Origin: Bacteroidia bacterium
GTDB lineage: Bacteria > Bacteroidota > Bacteroidia > Bacteroidales > CAJPTX01
Length of the DNA stretch: 64,000 bases
Reading direction: 5' to 3'
Assembly: GCA_905373475.1 (NCBI GenBank)
Contig: CAJPTC010000007.1
Coordinates: 16,852-80,851 of the forward strand
Both the position numbers and the translations under genes were made by a program. The notes beneath the pieces were generated by a model. That model was not told where the DNA came from. It made no database searches and saw only the letters and a list, made by a program, of their open reading frames with translations. Below are positions 19,028 through 27,681 of this stretch, piece by piece; the stretch's first letter is position 1, and every line of letters begins with the position of its first letter.

Positions 19028-19471
19028 ATGAAACGAGTATTGTTAGCGGCGGTTGTGCTGCTCTCTTTGATATTTGCTCCAGGGCTGGCTTTCGGTCAGT
19101 CAGAAGATGAACTTTTGGATATTTGTGGCGCCTTGGCTGGTTCTGAGGCAACTTATCTGCGCGATTTTAAGATTCGTCTGGATGCGGCGGATCCGCCACC
19201 TATTCAACGCTATCCGATAGTCTTGAAGAAGGGGAATCGTTATCGTTTTTCAATAGCGAGCTCGAAGGACTTTGAGGGTACGATGAAGTTGGAATTGTTT
19301 GATAGTAACCGATTGATGGCTACAACAAATAATCCAGCTACGGGGCAAGATTTCCCGTCCTTTGATTACATCTGTACAAAAACAGGCGCGTATCACCTCT
19401 TCTTCTCATTTAAGGATGGGAAAGCAGGCATGGGGGTCGGAGTACTATCCCTATTAGATGGGGATAATTAA
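19028..19471 (+). CDS. Small secreted protein of unknown function
   Basis: 147 aa. Signal peptide MKRVLLAAVVLLSLIFAPGLAFGQ. Starts 6 nt after the previous stop. Beta-rich composition. Confidence 0.65.
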   Translation: MKRVLLAAVVLLSLIFAPGLAFGQSEDELLDICGALAGSEATYLRDFKIRLDAADPPPIQRYPIVLKKGNRYRFSIASSKDFEGTMKLELFDSNRLMATTNNPATGQDFPSFDYICTKTGAYHLFFSFKDGKAGMGVGVLSLLDGDN

Positions 19472-19482
19472 AGGATTCTTAT

Positions 19483-20739
19483 ATGAGAATAGAGATTGCG
19501 GCGGGTGCTGTTGTCGGTGCAATACTTCTCCTTTTCATCTTTATTTACACAGGGTGCCAGAGAAGTGCAACTTCTTTGCAGGAGACTTTGGGGCAAGAGA
19601 AGCAACTTGTCTCGCCGTTAGAGCTGGGACTCGATGTTGTTAATTCGGCTTGTGCGCCTTCGAGTGTTGTGTCGCCTGTCGCATTTTACGATTTGTTCGA
19701 TTTAATGCGTATTGGGGCTGAAGGTGAGATAAAGCAGCTGCTTGAGCAATATCAGATGTCTTTTGATGCACAGGCGCAAATAAAGAAATCGATCTCTTCT
19801 GCCTATTTCTTGCGTCTCGCTGATGTCTGGGCGGATATTTCTAGAGAATTCAGCTCATGGTATGGAGACACGATCAATTCGTGCGGTTATATGTTCCATA
19901 GTTTGCCATGGGAGGATGCGGAAGATGCCATGTCTAGCATCAACGGCTGGATTGATGAAATGACTCAAGGCGAGTTACCCGACTATTTCTCTCGTGAAGG
20001 CTATCAACCATTTGTTGAAAGTGAGGTTCTTTTTACGAATGCAGCAAAGTTTATTGCTGGTTGGAAGCACCCTCTTAATAAATACGAAGAAGGGGTTTTC
20101 CATCAGCGTCCCGATATGGATAATCCGTATGCAGAGGGTACGCAGCGTGTGGAAACCTTTGTGAGCAATTCCAGTTGTGAGGGATGGTATGCTGAAAATG
20201 AGAACGAACAGGTTCTTGCCCTTCCGTACGAGGATGCAGCCTATCGTTTGATGATAGTACTGCCACGCAATCCGATTCAAGCTGAACGTCCATGGGAAGC
20301 GTACTCACATGATAGGTTGAAAGAGCTTGAGGCAGGGTTGCAGAAGGTTTCAAGTATAGATGTTCATTTAGTGAAATTCCAGACGACGGAAAATGTCTAT
20401 TTGAGTGTACCAGAGTCAGAGCTGGAAGATGAGGGAGCGAATATTACTGGAGTATTTGCTAACCTGCGACATCTCTTTACAACCCCTGCAAGTTATCCGA
20501 AGATGTTTACAGAGCCCGCTGCGATAGATTTAGCTCCGATAATGCAGGAATGTATGTTTGAGATTACAGCAGAGGGGAGTGTTAGTGAGGAGAATGGTTT
20601 GCCAGAAGGGGCTTTACCTGAAGTAGAGCTTTCTGCTAATGCGGCGCATTCTTTTGTAACAGATCGTCCTTTCCTTTATATCCTTTACAGAGAAGATTTG
20701 GGAATAGACAATGCTCTATTTGTAGGAAGCTATGAGTAG
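19483..20739 (+). CDS. Serpin-family protein, membrane/lipid anchored, atypical hinge
   Basis: 418 aa. N-terminal hydrophobic segment ending IYTGC. Serpin-like SVVSPVAFYDLFDLMRIGAEGEIKQ. C-terminal signature SFVTDRPFLYILYRE...LFVGSY (compare F-x-A-D-H/R-P-F-L-F...LF-x-G). Confidence 0.7.
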   Translation: MRIEIAAGAVVGAILLLFIFIYTGCQRSATSLQETLGQEKQLVSPLELGLDVVNSACAPSSVVSPVAFYDLFDLMRIGAEGEIKQLLEQYQMSFDAQAQIKKSISSAYFLRLADVWADISREFSSWYGDTINSCGYMFHSLPWEDAEDAMSSINGWIDEMTQGELPDYFSREGYQPFVESEVLFTNAAKFIAGWKHPLNKYEEGVFHQRPDMDNPYAEGTQRVETFVSNSSCEGWYAENENEQVLALPYEDAAYRLMIVLPRNPIQAERPWEAYSHDRLKELEAGLQKVSSIDVHLVKFQTTENVYLSVPESELEDEGANITGVFANLRHLFTTPASYPKMFTEPAAIDLAPIMQECMFEITAEGSVSEENGLPEGALPEVELSANAAHSFVTDRPFLYILYREDLGIDNALFVGSYE

Positions 20740-20756
20740 TTTTCTACTCTAGGTAG

Positions 20757-20797
20757 AAAAGAAAGGGAGTCCTAAGCAGGGACTCCCTTTCTTTTTT
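20757..20797 (+). terminator. Rho-independent terminator after the serpin-like gene
   Basis: Perfect 12-bp stem GAAAGGGAGTCC / GGACTCCCTTTC (20761-20772 / 20780-20791), 7-nt loop, followed by TTTTTT. Confidence 0.85.
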
Positions 20798-21035
20798 CGT
20801 TGAGGAACAAAAATAAACTACCAAAGAGCAAAGGGCAGGTGTTGGTAAAAGCAAGTAGTGGGTAGCGTCTGAAAAAGTGTGTAAGCTACTGTTTGCGTCA
20901 TGACAAAAGCGAAAGGCTCTCACTTGCCATTTCGCGTTGTTTATGACGCAAACAGGCATTCTTCCAATCGCGAAAAATTACAATACCCAAATTCAAGTGA
21001 AAAATGCAACGCCGCAGAAAAGATGTTTAGCCTAT

Positions 21036-21085
21036 AAAAAATCCCCAGAAGCGAAGAGAGGAAAACGCCTCCCTTCTCTCTGGGG
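21036..21085 (-). terminator. Probable minus-strand terminator
   Basis: GC-rich ends CCCCAGA / TCTGGGG (21043-21049 / 21079-21085) close an imperfect purine/pyrimidine stem. On the minus strand it is followed by T6 (A-tract 21036-21041). Confidence 0.45.
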
Positions 21086-21089
21086 TGGT

Positions 21090-21553
21090 TAAATGTTTAT
21101 ACCTTCGGCTTCCGTCCAAAAAAGTAGAAGATGGGACATTTAACACTAGAACAAAGTGTATACAATTCAAGTGTTGCGAGAGGAGAAACTTTCGCAACAA
21201 GCAATTACCTATCAAGAATCTGTAATAGAGACTCTACAGATGTGTAATTCTTCACATTTAAATCCAGATAGAGTACAGGGTATTGTTGCCATGCTTCGCG
21301 CTTTTCTTGTCGCGCCAGTTCCTCTTCGGTCTTCTCGAGGTATACCCCCCCCTAAAGAGCTCTTTTGGATCACGAAAATAGGAGGCAAGCGTGGAAGAAA
21401 CAAACTCTTACCGAAACGACGCGGTCGGCTGAGAAAATACACTTTACCATTGAGTAGCTGCGCTATATATTGGGTTTTATCGATATAGATAAAATCGTTC
21501 TCGCGCAGATTATGGGAGCTCTGTATACCAATAGGTTGTTTTCGCTCTGTCAT
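21090..21553 (-). pseudogene. Frameshifted, truncated AAA-ATPase-like (PF09820-type) gene remnant
   Basis: The N-terminus PIGIQSSHNLRENDFIYIDKTQYIAQLL...LSRPRRFGKSLFL matches this family. Homology then continues in the two other frames (STLASYFRDPKELFRGG, then VYLEKTEEELARQEKREAWQQYPVLYLDLN). One shift falls at a C8/G8 homopolymer (21345-21352). Far shorter than the ~500-aa family size. Confidence 0.7.
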
Positions 21554-21794
21554 TTTCGTGTCTGTTGTATAGCACTAAGGTACGAAAAAGAGAAGAGGCA
21601 AGAGAAAGGCGTAACAAGAAAACCAGTGCCGAATAGCACGAGCAAATAACATAAAACGATACACTGACTCACTTCTAAAAAACACAAATGAGAAGGCGGA
21701 GACTTCTACCACCTTCTCGCAACAAACTGCAGGTAGGCAAAAGCAATAAAGAATATACGCGCCGCGTTTTCAGTAAGATTTAATTCTTAGCGTC

Positions 21795-22556
21795 GTGAAC
21801 CACAGAGCATACCTAATTATTCCATTGATGGCACTTCTGTTTCTGTTAGTAAACAGAGGTACTGCTTATGCACAAGCCAGCAAGACGGTATTGAACCGAC
21901 CACGTAATGAGGAACGCTTTATTCGCTTCGGGATCGGAATTGGACTCAATGTGATGGATTTCCGCCTCCTAAACAGCGGCGCACTATCGAAGCCTGTACT
22001 CTATGCCGACTCTACGCGTTTTTTTGGAACAGTGAATAGGCTTCACCCAGGGTTTAACGTCAATGCCTTGATGCGTTTTCGTATTAACAACGACATGCAT
22101 GTCCGGATTTTACCAGGCATCTGTTTCGGACAGCGCGACCTTACTTTCTACAATATCGGGAAGAACGGCGACCGCGAATGGGAGGACATTAAGATGCCCA
22201 TTGAGTCCTCGTATATTGAAATGCCTATTCTTTTCTGCTATTCTGTGCCTCGTCACTCCAATGTACGCCCTTACGTTTGTGCTGGAGTAAATGTTAAGGC
22301 CGATATGGCCGCATTCAAGAAGTTAAAACTGGAGAACAAGCAATACTTGCGTCTTCAGAAATTTGACCTCGCCTACGAAATTGGCTTTGGGATAGAGTTC
22401 TACTTTTATTACTTCAAGATGGCTCCCGAGTTAAAATGGTCGGGTGGTTTCCTCAATACACTTGCACCTGAGACGGCTGAAGGGAAAGAGTACTACCATT
22501 CTGCTATCAAGAGTTTGACTTCGCAAATTGTGATGTTCTCGCTCATCTTTGAGTAA
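21795..22556 (+). CDS. Outer-membrane beta-barrel protein (OMP_b-brl_2 / PorT-family-like)
   Basis: 253 aa. Signal peptide ending AYAQ. Alternating beta-strand pattern (RFGIGIGLNVMDF...). Hydrophobic/aromatic C-terminal strand. Confidence 0.55.
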   Translation: MNHRAYLIIPLMALLFLLVNRGTAYAQASKTVLNRPRNEERFIRFGIGIGLNVMDFRLLNSGALSKPVLYADSTRFFGTVNRLHPGFNVNALMRFRINNDMHVRILPGICFGQRDLTFYNIGKNGDREWEDIKMPIESSYIEMPILFCYSVPRHSNVRPYVCAGVNVKADMAAFKKLKLENKQYLRLQKFDLAYEIGFGIEFYFYYFKMAPELKWSGGFLNTLAPETAEGKEYYHSAIKSLTSQIVMFSLIFE

Positions 22557-22575
22557 CCAGAAACTTTCCACGGCG

Positions 22576-22583
22576 TATCTTTG
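22576..22583 (+). promoter_or_regulatory. Candidate -7 box TATCTTTG
   Basis: Matches TAnnTTTG, 60 nt upstream of the ATG at 22643. Weak evidence (see chance expectation at 6181). Confidence 0.25.
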
Positions 22584-22642
22584 TGTACCAAATCGCTTGT
22601 ACTCCTCATCTAGGGACTACGGCGTTTTGTAGAATATAGGCT

Positions 22643-23689
22643 ATGGACAGACACGAGACACGACAATTATTCTCTTTTCACGTAGAACCGCGGACAAAGG
22701 GACAGAGCATCGGCACAACAACAAGTGAGCTTTTTGATTGCGACGAACGCATACGTCTCTACCAACTCACGGATCTGGCAACTCAAATAGCAGAGATTCA
22801 AGGTACAACAACTCCGAAATTTTGCGTTCCTCACCATCTGATACTGGCCTCTGATCACGGCTTTTTCCTTTCGCCAGGACACCAAAATTCTACCTTTGCA
22901 TCCATTAAGTGGGCTACCGAAGTAGCGCGTGGTCAACATTTTGTAAACTACCTATGCCGTCAGCACGGTTTTGCATTACGCATTGCTAATACGGGGCTTG
23001 CCGTTACGCCATCGCCTGCACTTGGCATCGTAAACGTAAGCCTCGGACAAGGTACGCAGCATTTTTACTATGGCGATGCTATGACGCCCGAACAGCTTTC
23101 GCGCTGCATCGACAGTGGGCGTCAGTTGGTTACCAATATAGCATCGCAGGGCTGTAATGTGCTCTCTATTGGTCTTTTAGCGCACGGTACACGTATTCCT
23201 GCCGCTATTTGGGTAGAACACCTAGTGGGAATCCCGCTGGAGAAATCGCTATCAGTCGAGAGATTGGAGCGTTGGGGGAATGCTGACCTATCATTGGCGC
23301 ATCTTAAACAACACATAGAGAGTGTGCAAGAAAACATCCGTACACTGCCCGAACTGATGCAACATTACGGAGGTTTTGAACTTGTTGTAGCCGTCGCTGC
23401 CCTATTGCAGGCTGCAGAACTGCGGATGACAATACTCATCGATTCGTTCCCGATCCTCGCTGCCCTCTACGCAGCCTATACCATTGCTCCCAGTGTAACC
23501 GACTACTGTATCCTCACCCATATTGAGTTGCTAGAAGGCATGGAAATTCTTGCCGCACGCCTCAACATCGCTCCTGTGCTTCGCCTTGGACTTTCTGCCT
23601 CCGAGGGAGTCGGTGCACTAGAGGCATACGGTATCATCAACAGTGCTTTACACCTTCTACAAATACACACCAACGGCATTTCGCGCTAA
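22643..23689 (+). CDS. CobT-family (nicotinate-nucleotide:DMB phosphoribosyltransferase)-like protein, divergent
   Basis: 348 aa. By eye it aligns to CobT at ILASDHGF (compare DHGV), GGFELVVAVAALLQAA, and the C-terminal THIELLEG...LRLGLSASEGVGALEA (compare S-x-E-x-GH...RLGEGSGAA). The canonical GEMGIGNTT loop is not recognisable (SIGLLAHGTR). Confidence 0.5.
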   Translation: MDRHETRQLFSFHVEPRTKGQSIGTTTSELFDCDERIRLYQLTDLATQIAEIQGTTTPKFCVPHHLILASDHGFFLSPGHQNSTFASIKWATEVARGQHFVNYLCRQHGFALRIANTGLAVTPSPALGIVNVSLGQGTQHFYYGDAMTPEQLSRCIDSGRQLVTNIASQGCNVLSIGLLAHGTRIPAAIWVEHLVGIPLEKSLSVERLERWGNADLSLAHLKQHIESVQENIRTLPELMQHYGGFELVVAVAALLQAAELRMTILIDSFPILAALYAAYTIAPSVTDYCILTHIELLEGMEILAARLNIAPVLRLGLSASEGVGALEAYGIINSALHLLQIHTNGISR

Positions 23690-23701
23690 CTGCTAGACGC
23701 T

Positions 23702-24232
23702 ATGAAAGTATACATTGTACGCCACACATCGGTAGATGTACCCTACGACATATTCTACGGTCAGACCGACGTGCCAGTACGCGAGAATTCCTTTGTAGAA
23801 GAAGCTACACGTGTAAAAGAAAAGATTGCTCCCCTATCGTTCGATGCCGTCTTTACAAGCCCTTTAACACGTTGCGTCCGCCTAGCAACTTTCTGTGGAT
23901 ACGGCGATGCCATGCGCGATGAACGATTGAAAGAACTAAATTTTGGAGACTGGGAATGGGTCTTCGTATACGAACTCCATTCTCCCGAAGTGGAAAATTG
24001 GTTCAAACACCAGATCGAGCAACCAACTCCGAATGGAGAATCTTTCATAGATATGAAAGCACGACTGATGCAGTTCATCAGTGAGCAAAAAGCAAAGGGT
24101 TATCAACGAATCTGTCTGTTTGCGCACGGTGGCATTCACCTTTGTGCACAAATGCTGCATGGCAAGACGTTTAAAGACGATATTTTTATGCATTTACCTC
24201 CTTACGGAAGCGTTATCGAATATGAATTCTAG
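23702..24232 (+). CDS. Histidine-phosphatase family protein (alpha-ribazole phosphatase CobC-like)
   Basis: 176 aa. N-terminal VYIVRHT (RHG-motif variant). Second catalytic-type His in LFAHGG. Starts 12 nt after the CobT-like gene. Confidence 0.65.
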   Translation: MKVYIVRHTSVDVPYDIFYGQTDVPVRENSFVEEATRVKEKIAPLSFDAVFTSPLTRCVRLATFCGYGDAMRDERLKELNFGDWEWVFVYELHSPEVENWFKHQIEQPTPNGESFIDMKARLMQFISEQKAKGYQRICLFAHGGIHLCAQMLHGKTFKDDIFMHLPPYGSVIEYEF

Positions 24233-25457
24233 AGCACTACATTACGGCTTCTTAATCGCCATTTTCTTCTGCCTCCACTCTGTTTGCAAGAGTTTCGCAC
24301 AGCTCCCATTCTACCCCGAACGTTACCATCGCGCCCTTTCTTGGCAAGCTCGTGGGTGGCATACTTCTGCTGCACAGGTCTTCGATTCGCTTCTGGCAAA
24401 ACGAAACGAAATAGAATACCTGCGCGGTTCGGTACTAAGCTATCTGGCGTTAGGGGAATTCGATTCAGTACAACATCGCCTTGCCGCACATGAGATGAAA
24501 AAATTACCCGCGTATTCGTTGCTAAAAGCTGAGGTAGGTTGCTATACGGGTAACTATGCAGAAGGGATAGCATACTTAGGACAGTATCTTGCTGCACGCT
24601 ACAAGCTTTCGGAACAGGAGCTAATGCGCGATACGCTTTTACAGCCTTGCCAAAATCGAAAAAGCTGGGATTCTCTCTGGACGCAGCAATGGTATGCGCC
24701 CGAACAACAAACACTAAACCACCTCGAATATTTAGCATATAAGGGAGATTGGCATCTCCTTCTTGAAGAGTTGGATGCGCAATACGCTCGCCTTGCCAAA
24801 CGGCACGAGTATGCCTTTTTACGAGCGCAGGCTCTCGAAGGAATACATGATCTGAAAAGTGCTCTACTTGCCGCCGAAATTGCCACAAACCAGCGCCCGC
24901 GCGAGTTACGTTATGTTATTCTTCGCGCACGACTTATGCTCGCATTGGGTTATAAACGACAAGCGGAAGCGCTGTTAATCGATTTACAGAAACACGATAA
25001 GTATAATCCCGCATTTCTCCCGCCGCTCGCTTGGACACAATATGAAATAGGGCGACATGCTGTAGCCTATACTACGGCACAACGTTACTTGGAATATTAC
25101 CCGCAGGATACGGCAATGCTCCGTTGTGCAGCTTTAGCGGCTTCGGCAGCTAAAATGTATAGCCAAAGCTTGAATATGCTGGCACGACTTTTCCCCCTCG
25201 CTTCAGACAACACCAAAGTCGGCTTGCAACGATTACGCGCCGAGATGCTCACTGCCCAAGGCGACTATCGTCAGGCGCTGGAAGACTACAAGGATGCTTT
25301 GACTAGACGACCACAGGATACCACACTGCTGCGACAGACGGCGCAAGTCTATTTCCAATTGAGAGATACTGTTGAGGGCTGTAAACTCTTAAATAGAGCA
25401 CAAACAGTAGGACACCTACGAGTAGACTTGATGTTGCTGCGCTATTGTAAAAAATAG
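24222..25457 (+). CDS. Secreted TPR-like repeat protein
   Basis: Start set to ATG 24222 (MNSRALHYGFLIAIFFCLHSVCKSFAQ is signal-like), overlapping the previous stop. The ORF-track start at 24081 lies inside the previous gene. Helical-repeat composition with A/L/Y-rich 34-aa-like units. Confidence 0.7.
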   Translation: MNSRALHYGFLIAIFFCLHSVCKSFAQLPFYPERYHRALSWQARGWHTSAAQVFDSLLAKRNEIEYLRGSVLSYLALGEFDSVQHRLAAHEMKKLPAYSLLKAEVGCYTGNYAEGIAYLGQYLAARYKLSEQELMRDTLLQPCQNRKSWDSLWTQQWYAPEQQTLNHLEYLAYKGDWHLLLEELDAQYARLAKRHEYAFLRAQALEGIHDLKSALLAAEIATNQRPRELRYVILRARLMLALGYKRQAEALLIDLQKHDKYNPAFLPPLAWTQYEIGRHAVAYTTAQRYLEYYPQDTAMLRCAALAASAAKMYSQSLNMLARLFPLASDNTKVGLQRLRAEMLTAQGDYRQALEDYKDALTRRPQDTTLLRQTAQVYFQLRDTVEGCKLLNRAQTVGHLRVDLMLLRYCKK

Positions 25458-25464
25458 AACTCCG

Positions 25465-25740
25465 TTAGTCTTTTTCTACTGTTGCGAAAATTTCCTCCGT
25501 TTCCCACGCTCCAATGTTGCGCTTTTCCTCATCGAAACTCGCACCAATTATAATTATACGCTTCCCAGAAGAGAGGTAAGGTACTGCATAGCCTTTCTCT
25601 TTTATTTGCGCCAAGGCATCGGCGGGAGTACCTGTACTCCAAAGCTTGAACTCAAAGAGGTAAATGGTGTCTTGGGTTCGTACCACGCAGTCAGCGCGCC
25701 CCTGGGCATTTTGAACTTCAGTTTCTACAAACTGCCCCAT
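25465..25740 (-). pseudogene. C-terminal PD-(D/E)XK (PDDEXK_9-type) remnant of an AAA-ATPase-like gene
   Basis: 91 aa only. GRADCVV...IYLFEFK nuclease-core pattern and the typical tail ALAQIKEKGYAVPY. About 400 aa of N-terminus is missing. Confidence 0.65.
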
Positions 25741-25824
25741 CAGGGAAAAAACTAAGTAGACCGATACTTAGTAGTTCCAAAGTCCTTAAAGCTGCTTCTA
25801 AAGCCCAGACTCCTTTACATTGCC

Positions 25825-25832
25825 TACTTTTG
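25825..25832 (+). promoter_or_regulatory. Candidate -7 box TACTTTTG upstream of nadC
   Basis: Matches TAnnTTTG, 29 nt upstream of the ATG at 25861. Weak. Confidence 0.25.
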
Positions 25833-25860
25833 CAAAAGAAGAGAGGTTAGGAGAAGAGCA

Positions 25861-26706
25861 ATGGATTACGTATGGCAAGTAGAGCAGCTAATAGCTCTCG
25901 CACTGCAAGAGGATCTGGGTAGTGGCGACGTGGCAACAGAAGCATTGATTGCCTCCTCACAGATGGCAACTGCACGATGGTACGCGAAAGCAACGGGCAT
26001 TGTCTCAGGATTGGGAGTCGCCCTACGTGTATTTCAAACCCTAGATCCTGCCATTGAAATGCAGGTACGTATTGCTGAGGGACAAAGCGTTACGGTGGGA
26101 CAAGAGATCGTCTCTTTTCAGGGAAATTTCAAGGCATTACTTATGGGCGAGCGTACCGCGTTAAATTTCGCACAGCGGATGTCGGGTATTGCAACAAGCA
26201 CGCGTGCTTTTGTTGATGCTATTGGCAACCTCCCAACGCGGTTGCTCGATACACGAAAAACTGCACCAGGTCATCGGTTGCTAGACAAACAGGCTGTGCG
26301 AGACGGAGGAGGTACAAATCATCGCATGGGGCTTTACGATCTGGCAATGATTAAAGACAATCACATTGCTGCTGCAGGGGGCATTCGGCAAGCGGTGGCA
26401 CTGGTGCGAAAAAGCATGCCCGCCTATTTACGCATTGAGGTAGAGACCTCCTGCCTGAAGGAAGTACAAGAAGCGCTTGAGGCAAAAGCCGATATCATTA
26501 TGCTAGACAATATGCCCCTTGAGGCGATGCGCGAAGCAGTGAAACTTATAGATGGGCGCGCTCTTACAGAGGCGTCTGGCAATGTAACACGCGAGCGTGT
26601 AAGAGCGATTGCCGAAACTGGCGTAGATTTTGTAAGCACTGGTGCTATAACGCATAGCGTACAAGCGCTGGATATTAGCATGAAGCTAGAGGTTCATAAT
26701 GTGTAA
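25861..26706 (+). CDS. nadC: Nicotinate-nucleotide pyrophosphorylase (quinolinate phosphoribosyltransferase)
   Basis: 281 aa. LLMGERTALNFAQRMSGIAT, LDTRKTAPGHR, NHRMGLYD..IKDNHI, IMLDNM. Confidence 0.93.
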   Translation: MDYVWQVEQLIALALQEDLGSGDVATEALIASSQMATARWYAKATGIVSGLGVALRVFQTLDPAIEMQVRIAEGQSVTVGQEIVSFQGNFKALLMGERTALNFAQRMSGIATSTRAFVDAIGNLPTRLLDTRKTAPGHRLLDKQAVRDGGGTNHRMGLYDLAMIKDNHIAAAGGIRQAVALVRKSMPAYLRIEVETSCLKEVQEALEAKADIIMLDNMPLEAMREAVKLIDGRALTEASGNVTRERVRAIAETGVDFVSTGAITHSVQALDISMKLEVHNV

Positions 26707-26726
26707 ATTTTCTCGAACATCGTGTA

Positions 26727-27677
26727 ATGAGTAGTACGAAAGCACCAGCTCAAGACTCAAAATATTTGCTTGAAGAGTTAACCGAATTACGGCACAGGAA
26801 GCGCGCTATACTTCTTGGGCATTACTATGCCAACCCAGAGGTACAGGATGTCTGCGATTATGTAGGCGACTCCTTAGGTCTATCTCGCGAGGCGGCAAAA
26901 TCGGAGGCGGATATTATTGTATTCTGTGGCGTACATTTTATGGCAGAGACGGCTTCTATTTTGGCGCAGGACAAGAGAGTACTCCTACCCTCCCTAGAGG
27001 CGATGTGTTCGCTCGCCAATGGCATTACGGGAGAACAGCTTGCGGCTTGGCGCGAAGCGCATCCTGGCTATTTTGTAATCTCGTATGTGAATACGACAGC
27101 AGACGTAAAGGCCTATACCGATTGTTGCTGCACCTCCTCCAATGCATTGCAAGTGGTAAAACGTTATGCACCCGATCATCGGTTAATGTTTGCTCCCGAT
27201 CGAAATCTAGGACGCTACATACGGCTACAAACAGGAATCCCTATGGAACTGTGGGACGGCGCTTGCCACGTACACAATGAATTCACTACTGCGGTGATTA
27301 CGGCGCAAATGCGTAAATATCCCGAGGCACGCGTCTTGGTACACCCCGAAAGTGCAGGGGCGTCGGAAGATGAAATTCGGAATGACCCACGAGTATTTAT
27401 AAGTTCCACAACTGGCATGATAAACGAAGCAGCGCGCTGTGCGGAACGACAGATATTAGTGGTGACTGAGGAGGGAGTACTGCACAAAATGCGTCAGGTA
27501 GCTCCCGAAAAAGAACTTATTCTGGTTGCTCCAACGGCACAATGCGAACACATGAAGCACGCTACGCTACAAAGTGTTGTAGAGTGCCTTCGCGATGAGA
27601 AAAACGAGGTACGCGTAGCTCCGTCATTGGCAGCTCGTGCGCGTGTTTCGATCGATAGGATGCTAGAAATAGGCTAG
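26727..27677 (+). CDS. nadA: Quinolinate synthase
   Basis: 316 aa. ILLGHYY, FCGVHFMAETA, SYVNTTADVKA, VHPES, and the conserved Cys positions typical of NadA. Confidence 0.92.
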   Translation: MSSTKAPAQDSKYLLEELTELRHRKRAILLGHYYANPEVQDVCDYVGDSLGLSREAAKSEADIIVFCGVHFMAETASILAQDKRVLLPSLEAMCSLANGITGEQLAAWREAHPGYFVISYVNTTADVKAYTDCCCTSSNALQVVKRYAPDHRLMFAPDRNLGRYIRLQTGIPMELWDGACHVHNEFTTAVITAQMRKYPEARVLVHPESAGASEDEIRNDPRVFISSTTGMINEAARCAERQILVVTEEGVLHKMRQVAPEKELILVAPTAQCEHMKHATLQSVVECLRDEKNEVRVAPSLAARARVSIDRMLEIG

Positions 27678-27681
27678 CTAA

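Noticed and set aside
22557-22642. A possible cobalamin riboswitch upstream of the CobT-like gene.
   Set aside because: The intergenic region is only 86 nt, too short for a B12 element, and I saw no B12-box-like sequence.
21090-25740. The idea that the N-terminal (21090..21553) and C-terminal (25465..25740) AAA-ATPase-like/PD-(D/E)XK fragments are two halves of one gene split by insertion of the 21795..25457 genes.
   Set aside because: Both fragments are on the minus strand, but the N-terminal piece is at the lower coordinates, the wrong order for a single split gene. They are more likely relics of two separate copies.
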